Assembly (NCBI GenBank): GCA_964619725.1
Contig: CAZUFC010000060.1
Location: forward strand, 1 to 49,856
Source: an uncultured bacterium
GTDB taxonomy: Bacteria > CSSED10-310 > CAZUFC01
Length of the DNA: 49,856 nt
Direction: 5' to 3'
The translations under genes and the position numbers were made by a program. Below the pieces are notes generated by a model. It saw only the letters and a list, made by a program, of their open reading frames with translations. It searched no databases and was not told the DNA's origin. Every line of letters starts with the position of its first letter. The stretch's first letter is position 1. Below, in pieces: positions 19,701-28,003 of the stretch.

Positions 19701-22700
19701 TTTGCCGTCATTGTTCCAATCCGCTACGTCAGACATTATCTGACGCTGAATGTAAAGATCGCCCGAACCGGCCTGGATCAATCCGCCGTCAACTAATTGC
19801 GGATTCCCGGGCGTCCCCTCGTTGTTGTATTTCCTCAGTTTATTATAATTCTGGTAAGTATTGATGAAGATGTCTATATCGCCGTCCTCCTCATAGTCCC
19901 AGGCATGAGGACTTGTCAGGTAGCTGCCTGAAATTATCTGGTTGTATCCTCCATATGTCATCAGAGCGCCTGATGAAAACTGAGGATTACCATCGGTTCC
20001 TTCATTGACGTAAACATAATTGTATGATCCCACACCGCTGTGATATTCCTCAGACCCGATCAACAGGTCTTTCTTGCCGTCGTCATTCCAATCGGCTACT
20101 TCAAGCCCTTTGATATCTCCGTCACCCAGCCCCTGATATCCTGTCGTCAATTTTTGAGCATCACCGAATTCAGGATCATAGTTCTCGCCCGTATTCAGGT
20201 ATATGTAAACATTATGATTACCGCTCCAGATCCGCGTCATTATAAGGTCTTTTTTGCCGTCGTTGTCCCAATCCACTATGTCAAGACTTGCGTAGTCGTT
20301 GCTGTCGAACCCTACTCTCCCGCCCGTCGTCGTGGTCAGACACTTTTGATTCCTGAATTCCCCGTCGGTTTCGCTTCCCGAATTAAGAAGCACATAGTGA
20401 CGATTGTCCCATCCCGCCGCTAAAAAAATATCCTTTAATCCGTCTTCATCCCAGTCAATGATCCGGGGCGAGGTATAAAACGCGAAAATAGTCGTCGGCT
20501 CTTCTCCGGGAGCATATACCGCGTCTTCATACAAGGGATCGCTTTGAGTTCCCTGGTTCGGATAATACGCAACGGCGCTGGTCGTGTCCGTCGTCACCAG
20601 GTCTCTTTTGCCGTCGCCGTTAATATCGCCGAGCGTCCAACCGCTTATCCATCCCAGGAGTACCGAACTGTTTTCATCATATAATACCTGTTGTCCGGAA
20701 AACTCGGGATTCGCATCAGTTCCTGTGTTTTCAAACAATAAAAGCTGATTGGGGTTGCGCTTCGTTATGATGTCCTTTTTACCGTCTCCGTTCCAGTCGC
20801 ATATGAACGGCTCGGAATCATTGCCGATGTCTATGTCGTCGTATCCGGCCTGAATGAAAACACCATCGGCAAGAACAGGAGAATTCTGTTGACCGACGTT
20901 TCTGAAGAACTCAAACTTTCCATGCCTCGCTCCGACAATCAGGTCATCCTTCCCGTCGTTATCCCAGTCTACAGGAAACGGATGCGCACTGTAGCCCACA
21001 TCTATCGGGGAGTATCCCGCCTGCAATCGCTCTCCTGGCTGGAAAACCGGCGAGACGTCGCTCCCCGTGTTTTCATAATAATAAATTTCGCCGCTTGAAT
21101 CGCCGAGTATCAAATCTCTCTTTCCGTCACTGTTCCAGTCAAAATGCACGGGAACATTTCGCCAGCCTAACTCAATATATCCGTAAGTCGTCTGTATTTT
21201 CGTTCCATCCTGGAATTGAGGTTCTGTCGCGGTTCCGCTGTTGATTGAAATCTGAAAATATCCGTCGTGAATGCTGCTGAGCAGGTCCTGCTTTCCATCC
21301 TGGTTCCAATCCGTCAACCAGATTTGACTCTTTCGCCACAGGTAATCGTGATTCCTGTAAGCCTCCCGGAGTATCCCGATTTTTTCTCCGAATTCCGGAG
21401 GGCCGGCAGGTCCCGGCAAAGGCGTATCAGTCGGCGCAGGCGTATTAGTCGGAGGTTCCGTCGGTCCGGGCGTCGGCGTATCCCCGCTGACTGTGACGCT
21501 GATCTCCATACCGTCTATGGAATAGGCAGGCATCACTTTGTCGAAACTGAAGATGCGATAATAATAGAGCTGTCCGGACGTCACATCCGTATCCGTCCAG
21601 GGAGTGACCGAATGATTTTCGTCGCCCTTGTAAACGACCTCGACGCCCGGAGAAACCTGCACGCCCGGCAGAACATGATAATGCTGCCTGTCGGAAGGTT
21701 TCCAGGCGATAGGGGAGAGCGATCTTACGATGATGACACCCGCAAAATCGATGTCGTTGGGATTCTGCCAGGTCAGATTCACCGCCAGGTCCGTTACCGA
21801 CTGCACCTGGAAATTGGAAACTTCATTCGGCGATGTCGTCGAACTCTGAATATTGGGATGATAGTAGAATCCGGGCTTCCAGTTCTTAAGTATGTCCTTC
21901 CGGCCGTCATTGTCCCAGTCAACAGACTCGAACAACATGTAAGGATTGCCGGCATCGATATAACCGTATCCCGATTCCAGCAATCCGTCGCTGATGAAAT
22001 GGGGCGACTGGACCGTTCCCGCATTGATGAAATTCTCTATGTAATCGATATTTCCGTGAGTCGAAAGCGCTATATCCTGATCGCCGTCTTCCTCATAGTC
22101 CCATACATGAATGCACGCGTTTCCCGAACCGCCTATAGCCGTCTCCGAGTATCCGGTCCAGTGAGTCAGTATAGTTCCGCCGGCAAATTCCGGCGCTTCG
22201 TCCGTACCTTCATTAATGAAAACATACTGTAAACCGCCGTCGCCGCTATTGATGCCTGTCGAAAAAAGCAGGTCCTTTTTGCCGTCCTGGTCCCAGTCTG
22301 ATGCCTCTATCGCTCTGATCCTTTCCGGACCCAGATCGGCGTAGCCGGACGTCAATTTAATCGGGGCTCCGAATTCCGGCGCATAATTCTCCGAACTGTT
22401 CAGGTATAAATATACATCGCCTTGATTATAGTAATCATATCTCGGCGCAAGAATATCCTTCTTCCCGTCATTATTCCAATCTATAATCGCCGGCGTTTCA
22501 TAATCTTCGACAAAATGCCCGATTCCTTCCCCTTCAGTTGTCGTCAGAAAAACTTGTTTCTTCAGTTGTGATTGTGTTTGAGTTCCCGAATTGAAAACCA
22601 CATAATGCGCTCCGTCCCAGCCGACGCGGGTGAAAATATCCAGCAATCCGTCCTCATCCCAGTCTATGATTCTCGCTGACATGTTTTGCCTGTAAAGACT

Positions 22701-25700
22701 CGTCGGTTCATCCCCGGGTATATACAGAGCTTCCTCATAAATTCTGTTTGAATCGGTTCCATGGTTTGGCATATACATCGCCGCGCCGTAATGCTCTATC
22801 TTAAGAAAATCCTCGTTGCCGTCGTCGTTCATGTCCGCAAATGCCCATCCGCTGTCGTCTCTTATACCGACAGGAATATGTCCGGGATTCATGATGACAG
22901 AATCGCTGAACTGCGGCGCAGCATCCGTTCCGACATTCTCGAAATAGTATAGATTGTAAGGATATCTACCCAAAACCATCAGGTCCTTCTTCCCGTCGTT
23001 ATTCCAGTCCACGATTCGAGGAACGGCGCTGTTGCCGACATCCAGATCGTTGTAACCGACTTGAATGGTGTTTCCCGTATCCAGAGTCGGGTTGGAATTC
23101 GTGCCTGTATTCAAAAACAGACGTACCTTTCCGTCGGAAGAACCTACGATTAGATCATCTTTGCCGTCGTTGTTCCAGTCTGTCGGATAAGGAGCTGAGT
23201 CGCTGCCGACATCAAGCGTGGCATAACCCGCATCAAGCGTCGTAAAACTGTTGAAAACGGGAGACGAGTCAGAACCTTCGTTTCTATAATACTTTATCTG
23301 ACCGCTATTACCCCCGACAAGGACATCTCTTCTCCCGTCGGCGTCCCAATCGAAATGAGCGGGTTGAGCATACCGGCCGACTTCAATTTGGCCATATCCG
23401 GCAGGTATATCCGCTTCATCCTGCAAATGAGGCTCCGACGCGGTTCCGTCGTTCATACCCAAACGTACCCCTCCCCAGCCGTTGCCTACCAGAAGGTCTA
23501 TATCGCCGTCATTGTCCCAGTCCGTCGGCCATAAGCCGAATCTGTGATTCCCGCTGAACTGGGCCGCTTCCCTCTTTATCGGTACGGCATCATCGAATAT
23601 CGGCTCGCCGGCCGGTCCCTGCGTCGGCGTCGGCGTCTCCGTCACAGTCGGAGTCGGCGTCGCTGAAGCGCTCGGCGCCGGCGTCGGAGTATCCCCCGAT
23701 GTCACAGCATCTACTTCAGCTCCCTCTACCGAATATGACGGCAATACCGCATCATACGCGAATATCCTGTAGTAATAATGCGTTCCGGGAGTCAATCCCG
23801 TATCCGTCCAGGGCGACAGGGAATGATCCGTATCTCCCTTGTAAACGACTTCCAATCCCGGAGATATTTCCGTTCCCGGTACAACATGATAATGGAATCC
23901 GTCCGTCGGCCGCCACGTTATGGTCGACGTCGATCGGAATATTACCACGCCTGCAAAATCATCGTCCGCCGGGTTTTCCCACGTCAGACTTACTGTGAAA
24001 TCCGAAGCGCCGGCTACCGCTAAATCCGTCACGTCGCCTGGCGAAGTCTGTTCGGCCTGCTCATTCCTGTAAAATAATAACTCGTCCCAGTCGCACAATA
24101 ATACATCCTTCTTGCCGTCCTCATCCCAGTCGTTTATCGCCGGATCAAGTCCCCAATCTTCACCCTGAACGTATCCATAGGCGGTTTCAAGACGGCCGTC
24201 GTAAACTAAAGACGGCGATCCGGGCGTTCCCTGGTTCAGATACTTCTTCACAAAATCGGAATCGTGACGGCCGCTCAAGTATAAATCGGGATCGCCGTCC
24301 TCTTCGTAATCCCACACATGTATGGCTGAATTCCAGGAACCGCATATCGGATAGAAATAACCGGAATCTTCATAGGTTAAATAAGCCCCTGAACCGAATA
24401 CGGGTTCCGCATCCGTTCCCTGGTTCAAAAACACGTAATTCTTATTGTCGTAGTCCCCGCTTACAGATTTATCCGTTGCTATCACCAGGTCCTTCAGACC
24501 ATCGGAATTCCAGTCTGCAGCTTCGACGCCCTTCGATTGTCCCGGTCCCACATCCACATATCCGTTGGTCAATTTTACCGGATCGCCGAACTCTGGAGCA
24601 TAATTCTCGCCCTCGTTCATATATAAATACAGGGAATTTCTGGCCGTGATGATGTCCTTCCTGCCGTCGTTGTCCCAATCTACAACATCAGGAATATGAT
24701 ACGTATGAAAACCCACGGCCTGACCTGTGAATGTAGTTAAACCCAATTGCTTCGTAAATTTCGGCTCATTCAGCGTTCCCGTATTAAAAATCACGTAGTT
24801 CCTCTTTAAATAAGACCTCCCCGTCAAAAAAAGGTCCTTTAAGCCGTCTTCATCCCAGTCTAAAACATGGACGGCGCTGTCGTTTCCCATCATCGATACC
24901 GTTGAATCGCCCGGTATATACAGCGCTTCTTCATATATTCGATTCGTGTTCGTACCTTTGTTCGGATAATACATTGCACATGAAGCTCCGGACAAAACAA
25001 CCATATCCAGCGCCGAATCCCCGTTTATGTCTGCAAAACACCACGCTTTATTATAATTTACCGTTACCGACGTGTGGGCGCTATATACCGAAGTTCCTTC
25101 ATTGAACACGGGATTCGCATCTGATCCTACATTTATGAATAGTTCAATCGATCTGGCGCCGTAATTTCTTCCCTGAGACAAAAGGTCCTTCTTGCCGTCG
25201 CCGTCCCAGTCCGTCACCCAGGGCTTAGAATCAGTGTACAAATCGATATCGACTCCGCCGGCCTGGATTTTAGTCCCGGAAGCCAATTGCGGAGAACTGT
25301 TTGTTCCAGTGTTTAAAAATAACTGTATCGCTCCAGTGCTGTCACCGACCAGCAGATCATCCTTACCGTCATTATTCCAGTCTGCTGCAAAAATAGTCGA
25401 CTCACCTATCACATCAATCGTCGCATAACCCGCCTGCAAATTCTCTCCATCTGAAAATACCGGCGATGTGTCCGATCCCGTATTCTCAAAATACACTACT
25501 CGCCCGTCATTATTCCCGCACAACAAATCACGATTCCCGTCCGCATTCCAGTCATAATGTATCGGAAATGACCCGCTGCCCGCATCAAGATCGACATATC
25601 CTGATTGTAAATATATACCGGAACCTAACTCCGGCTCAAACGCCGTCCCTGTGTTCATCATCAACATCACACGGCCATCATTCGCACCGGATAGCAAATC

Positions 25701-25904
25701 CACCTTTCCATCCTTGTCCCAATCAGTCGCCCATAGACCGCCTCCGGCTGCACAATAATAACAATCCCGCATTATCTCTACTGCTTCACTCAACTCCGGA
25801 GGGCCCACGCTTCTTCCGCCTCCCTCCGCAAGAACGCCTGAAAAAATTATACTCGACAAAATCACTAAACTTAATACAAGCATCAGCCGATTCCTCTTCA
25901 TCAA
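13782..25904 (-). CDS. Giant 4040-aa surface protein: four modules of 10 FG-GAP/VCBS repeats + FN3 + Pro/Thr linker, then CARDB, Ig-like and carboxypeptidase-regulatory-like domains, a PT linker and an IPTL-CTERM-like anchor
   Basis: Signal peptide; ~40 DWxxDGxxD motifs; FN3-like VSLTWxNP...YYYRxF; PDLVV...ESNEFNN CARDB; C-terminus PIPAFGNAGILMLIVLMGIAVISGNRMFRKRK. Confidence 0.9.
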   Translation of the reverse strand: MMKRNRLMLVLSLVILSSIIFSGVLAEGGGRSVGPPELSEAVEIMRDCYYCAAGGGLWATDWDKDGKVDLLSGANDGRVMLMMNTGTAFEPELGSGIYLQSGYVDLDAGSGSFPIHYDWNADGNRDLLCGNNDGRVVYFENTGSDTSPVFSDGENLQAGYATIDVIGESTIFAADWNNDGKDDLLVGDSTGAIQLFLNTGTNSSPQLASGTKIQAGGVDIDLYTDSKPWVTDWDGDGKKDLLSQGRNYGARSIELFINVGSDANPVFNEGTSVYSAHTSVTVNYNKAWCFADINGDSALDMVVLSGASCAMYYPNKGTNTNRIYEEALYIPGDSTVSMMGNDSAVHVLDWDEDGLKDLFLTGRSYLKRNYVIFNTGTLNEPKFTKQLGLTTFTGQAVGFHTYHIPDVVDWDNDGRKDIITARNSLYLYMNEGENYAPEFGDPVKLTNGYVDVGPGQSKGVEAADWNSDGLKDLVIATDKSVSGDYDNKNYVFLNQGTDAEPVFGSGAYLTYEDSGYFYPICGSWNSAIHVWDYEEDGDPDLYLSGRHDSDFVKKYLNQGTPGSPSLVYDGRLETAYGYVQGEDWGLDPAINDWDEDGKKDVLLCDWDELLFYRNEQAEQTSPGDVTDLAVAGASDFTVSLTWENPADDDFAGVVIFRSTSTITWRPTDGFHYHVVPGTEISPGLEVVYKGDTDHSLSPWTDTGLTPGTHYYYRIFAYDAVLPSYSVEGAEVDAVTSGDTPTPAPSASATPTPTVTETPTPTQGPAGEPIFDDAVPIKREAAQFSGNHRFGLWPTDWDNDGDIDLLVGNGWGGVRLGMNDGTASEPHLQDEADIPAGYGQIEVGRYAQPAHFDWDADGRRDVLVGGNSGQIKYYRNEGSDSSPVFNSFTTLDAGYATLDVGSDSAPYPTDWNNDGKDDLIVGSSDGKVRLFLNTGTNSNPTLDTGNTIQVGYNDLDVGNSAVPRIVDWNNDGKKDLMVLGRYPYNLYYFENVGTDAAPQFSDSVIMNPGHIPVGIRDDSGWAFADMNDDGNEDFLKIEHYGAAMYMPNHGTDSNRIYEEALYIPGDEPTSLYRQNMSARIIDWDEDGLLDIFTRVGWDGAHYVVFNSGTQTQSQLKKQVFLTTTEGEGIGHFVEDYETPAIIDWNNDGKKDILAPRYDYYNQGDVYLYLNSSENYAPEFGAPIKLTSGYADLGPERIRAIEASDWDQDGKKDLLFSTGINSGDGGLQYVFINEGTDEAPEFAGGTILTHWTGYSETAIGGSGNACIHVWDYEEDGDQDIALSTHGNIDYIENFINAGTVQSPHFISDGLLESGYGYIDAGNPYMLFESVDWDNDGRKDILKNWKPGFYYHPNIQSSTTSPNEVSNFQVQSVTDLAVNLTWQNPNDIDFAGVIIVRSLSPIAWKPSDRQHYHVLPGVQVSPGVEVVYKGDENHSVTPWTDTDVTSGQLYYYRIFSFDKVMPAYSIDGMEISVTVSGDTPTPGPTEPPTNTPAPTDTPLPGPAGPPEFGEKIGILREAYRNHDYLWRKSQIWLTDWNQDGKQDLLSSIHDGYFQISINSGTATEPQFQDGTKIQTTYGYIELGWRNVPVHFDWNSDGKRDLILGDSSGEIYYYENTGSDVSPVFQPGERLQAGYSPIDVGYSAHPFPVDWDNDGKDDLIVGARHGKFEFFRNVGQQNSPVLADGVFIQAGYDDIDIGNDSEPFICDWNGDGKKDIITKRNPNQLLLFENTGTDANPEFSGQQVLYDENSSVLLGWISGWTLGDINGDGKRDLVTTDTTSAVAYYPNQGTQSDPLYEDAVYAPGEEPTTIFAFYTSPRIIDWDEDGLKDIFLAAGWDNRHYVLLNSGSETDGEFRNQKCLTTTTGGRVGFDSNDYASLDIVDWDNDGKKDLIMTRIWSGNHNVYIYLNTGENYDPEFGDAQKLTTGYQGLGDGDIKGLEVADWNDDGKKDLLIGSEEYHSGVGSYNYVYVNEGTDGNPQFSSGALMTYGGYNQIISGSYLTSPHAWDYEEDGDIDIFINTYQNYNKLRKYNNEGTPGNPQLVDGGLIQAGSGDLYIQRQIMSDVADWNNDGKKDLIVGDDPGISYFPNNQTSRTAPYDVSDFTVESVTDNSVSLTWRNPGINDFGGVIIVRSLSSINWRPSYRQRYHVTPGTEVSPGVEVVYKGADDHSLTPWTDAGLMENQTYYYRAFVYDKVLPAYSLNGSEVSATTSGDTPTPGPTEPPTNTPGPSNTPTASPTFTVSPTPSPTSPYTATPVGPPDFGSKTEIKREIFQVDTSYNYYHWVTDWDKDGKFDLIAGENYGRLRLCMNIGTAQEPKLQEDSWVQAGYGDLDVGDDSAPIHYDWNSDGKRDLLIGNYGGRIVYYQNSGSDDDPQFDPGVNLQAGYNTLDVGRNAFPFAADWNNDGKDDLLSGDQNGNVRLFLNTGTQYSPSLDEGEYLQVGYSNINLDRDSKPYVIDWNNDGRKDLLVSGGEWSNRRISLFLNEGTDASPVFNEETVLYNIHSPVVVHSETRPVFADMDDDSKTDLVLMSRTGFVMYHPNKGTESNRIYEDAEYIPGTSPDTMFVRGKVPRVVDWDEDGLKDLLMNVYWRGRHYVIFNSGTPAEPKFTRQRLLTTTTGRRVGFRQGAYFYPEVADWDNDGKKDLLVSNPDYGDNGDIYLFLNEGENYDPQFGDPQKLIGGYGDLGPQESLGLETADWNSDGKKDLFVGTYIYNNGGMYQYIFINEGTDANPQFSIGSLLKYGPPGYETPIKGSYYCSPHVWDYEEDGMPDIVMNTFSDYDLLTKFNNDGAPGSPQLIDDGFVEADYGYIQGVNIALPEVNDWDEDGKKDIVMGQVHGLYYYPNEQAAMTSPAEVSGFQVESADTDFVSLTWTNPWERDFAGTIIVRSEETITWLPSDRQHYHVTPGVEVSPGVQVVYKGDEDHSTTLWTDTNVEAGQTYYYRAFTYDLVLPAYSVSGVEVQAETIAPTPVPTLTPTLSPTMLATETPTLTPTATLTPTRTPSPLSTNTQTPTQMGTFTPTPTPTSSPTPAPDLVVRSQDIAFIPAYPEEDDNTTVQTTVHNFGNAGSGTSFTVRFYADDGTGPVQIGADQTAGPLNPGEQETVSVSWTAACDTVISAAADALNEVLESNEFNNEASRNVPIMYCPAAVTLSVIPGSIEAAIGAETEFTVRIHNGNLGSDVFDLNVTGALPGTWYELSPDPITLNAGQTADATLIVTVPDECSSVGVYAFQVDGTSQQMGEIYSDDGTLEVTADVDITQRNPANGTTTGSNDVTFTWNTSVPADTMLYYRETGGAEWTEITVAASETQHETSVESLTRNVTYEWYIYADSACGDTTSDIWTFTVGNGVVFTQNSYSFTVERDYDQHVWVGVHNEDVVSHEVELHISNPHDELIVNFVGPGSEDETVTLAAGETRDIELVIHAQDVQDDPESKVEVCFDDLSVSLIADEEGEPITDNAPTTVCVTWPYVAFDLTEESSDPLTEVKTCRVSNSGDPLTDLSVSAVDDLMSRVLFIPRINHYRLETDDHIDFEVEPLFEPSEPVISGELKAEAAGSEVLLPVEFNCESPRSLWEVVVAGPELCYPMANWFCTNRPSISMSFEVSVHAIEEIDTAVIYTTFQPHSGVRPHYVDLFINGNLIGELNDIVPSGTYGFAFDPGYLNVSPGGSASNTFSIHTQHFNGGHYVVSTNSLAVIALADMTLYICAESQSQADDLAPTLPSVCEGYTFDLDPRVQDVDILNVAGNPTSVFYPGETARIRVRGENPHPFYSYDVTYTLKIDTDGDTGTAEYDSHAAGEDWETTFEHNGEGFHSWYWEVPAGAPDIQVTVEAHETADYANCFDCPGWDWNFHVGGGITGFVREAGSLDPIEGASVTASGGYSDPDGSAADGYYEIHRIPNGTYDVTAGASGYAPQTLYGLEVQGDILVNQDFELLTPTVTPTPTVTSTPTVTQTPTVTQTPTITATPTLSSTPTVSPTPTLSPTATQSPTQTPTLTPTDTPTITPTSPTPTITPSPTQQPIPAFGNAGILMLIVLMGIAVISGNRMFRKRK

Positions 25905-26165
25905 TTACCTCCTCGTAAAATCTTCAAAAAACAAAAATTCCTTCGAATTCCTCCATACATGACATCGCTTCTTCTTTCGGAATTATTCTTCTCCGAAAGT
26001 GACCAGCATTTCAGTATAATGATGTATAACTTCTAATCAAACGCTTTGGGTAATTTATTTTTTTCACGGGATGTTATTTGAAAAACCAAAAGACCCGATG
26101 ATAAAATAAAATCGGCTCATTAACCCCGGGCATCGGCGCACCGTCTCTTCCGAAAGGCGACCTTC

Positions 26166-26889
26166 ATGCTGCTGATATTTTTTCTTTTTTTTAAGTTTCC
26201 TCATCACGGCAACGACGATTACGCGGGCAGACGACATACCGTCCAGCAAACGTTCGCTTAAAGCTGTAAAACGGGTTAAACCTTTGCTGATCAAGCAGGC
26301 GACTGATGCCGGTCTGCGTTTCGGCGCCCCGGTTTATATCCGGATATTCAAGGAATCAAAAGAATTGGAAGTATGGCTGAAAAAGGATGATTCGTTTGCC
26401 CTGTTCAAAACATATCCGATTTGCACTTACGGTTACGGTTCATTAGGTCCTAAGCTTCGTCAGGGCGACGGCCAGGCGCCGGAAGGTTTTTATTTCGTCA
26501 CGCCTGGGCGGCTTAATCCATACAGCAAATTCCATCTTTCCTTTAACCTGGGTTATCCGAACCAATATGACCGCCGGCACGGGAGGAGCGGCAGCGCATT
26601 AATGGTGCACGGGGATTGCGTATCTATCGGGTGTTACGCCATGACTGATCCAGCCATCGAGGAGATATACGCGCTTGTCGATGCTGCATTCCGAAACGGA
26701 CAACCCTTTTTTCGGGTACACATTTTTCCGTTCAGGATGACCCAGGAGAATATGAAAAAACACGGTGAATCAGAATGGCGCTCCTTCTGGAAAAATTTAA
26801 AGCAAGGATATGATTTTTTTGAAGCCCAGGAAAACGTTCCTCCTGACGTGCAGGTCATAAACAGCGAATACGTTTTCCTGAAGCCTTAA
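26166..26889 (+). CDS. Murein L,D-transpeptidase family protein (YafK/DpaA-like), frameshifted in a T8 tract within the signal peptide
   Basis: IRIFKE, GPKLRQGDGQAPEGFY, HGDCVSIGC catalytic motif, FWKNLKQGYDFF; ATG at 26166 is in frame only if T8 (26185-26192) is T7. Confidence 0.85.
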
Positions 26890-26956
26890 TATTGTTCGTG
26901 AATTGCTGTAAGGATTTACTGATTAAAAATATTAAACTCATCCTTGTTGTTGAAAT

Positions 26957-27019
26957 AAAGGGACAAAGGGACGAAGAGACCTAAGAGACCTAAGGGACCT
27001 AAGGGACGAAAAAGGACTG
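26957..27019 (-). repeat. Left inverted microsatellite array flanking the four-helix-bundle gene
   Basis: AAAGGGAC/CTAAGGGAC units; approximate reverse complement of 27805-27873. Confidence 0.88.
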
Positions 27020-27115
27020 GGAGCAGTTTTACAACTGATTGGTCGTTTTGGCGGATTAGTGGTTTGGTTAATGTTTCTATCATTAAATACCCTTTGATTT
27101 TCTTTTGAAAGGTCG

Positions 27116-27694
27116 TTATTCCCGGCATCGCTTGCTTTTCGAGCGTATTTCATATCTAACTCGCCTCATTCGTTCCGACATTCCTCCTTTGTTTATAAAT
27201 GCTCGTTCCAGGTGATCAAGCTGCCTGTCGAGCAAATAATTCGTCACTTTAACCAAACCCATAATCACATTCGTGCAGATTTCCGGATCAGGATGCTCAA
27301 TACCTCTCCGAAATGTTTTATAATCTGCGCCGGGCGTTCGGTTCAGCTCTCTCAATCGTTTCGCATAGGGATGATTTTTACTCCATTCTTTTAATCCATG
27401 CGAACGAAGAAAATCCCGATAATCCTCCAATAGCTCCTCCAAACTCGAACGAGCCACATCAGTCAGCTTGATTTCCGCTTTCCTGGAAGTTCCGGATGCC
27501 TGACTGCCTTCGATTATGTTCTGTTTTCCGGAACGAGCCCCCTGTATCATTTGATCATGCGTACGGTCTCGTTTGCTGATAAACCGATTACAAAAATATA
27601 CGGTTGCATCATAAACTATAACGGCTTTCTGATACGAAAACAGTTTCCTGTAACCCCCATGCGCCGTAATAAAACGTTCATTTTTCGCTTCCAC
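27116..27694 (-). CDS. Four-helix-bundle suffix-domain protein (23S rRNA IVP/Avd-like fold)
   Basis: HGGYRKLFSYQKA, RTHDQMIQGARSGKQNIIEGS, ARSSLEELLEDY, YLLDRQL...GGMSERM; GTG at 27694 after GGGAG. Confidence 0.9.
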   Translation of the reverse strand: MEAKNERFITAHGGYRKLFSYQKAVIVYDATVYFCNRFISKRDRTHDQMIQGARSGKQNIIEGSQASGTSRKAEIKLTDVARSSLEELLEDYRDFLRSHGLKEWSKNHPYAKRLRELNRTPGADYKTFRRGIEHPDPEICTNVIMGLVKVTNYLLDRQLDHLERAFINKGGMSERMRRVRYEIRSKSKRCRE

Positions 27695-27804
27695 GTTTCT
27701 ACTCCCTGGAATGAAGTTAAAGATACAATTCAAAAATCAATCTCAATAAAGTTATCGGAAAAAAAATCAAAAAAAATTGCGTAACAAACTAAATTTTTAA
27801 AAAG

Positions 27805-27873
27805 CAGTCCCTTCCGTCCCTTAGGTCCCTTAGGTCCCTTAGGTCCCTTGGTCCCTTAGTCCTTTTGTCCTTT
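27805..27873 (+). repeat. Right inverted microsatellite array flanking the four-helix-bundle gene
   Basis: CAGTCCCTTCC(GTCCCTTAG)3GTCCCTTGGTCCCTTAGTCCTTTTGTCCTTT. Confidence 0.88.
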
Positions 27874-28003
27874 AAAAAAGAATCCGCCCAAACGCGCCGA
27901 AATCGTAATCCGCCGGCCCCTTCTCTCCCCGATGGACCTTCAAAACTCGTTTATGTTATTCTCCAATCGTCAGGATTGACGGATTTTTTGATAATTCCGG
28001 CAC

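Noticed and set aside
13782-27733. Diversity-generating retroelement (Avd-like gene near a variable surface protein)
   Set aside because: No reverse transcriptase and no TR/VR pair differing only at adenines was seen; module divergence affects all bases
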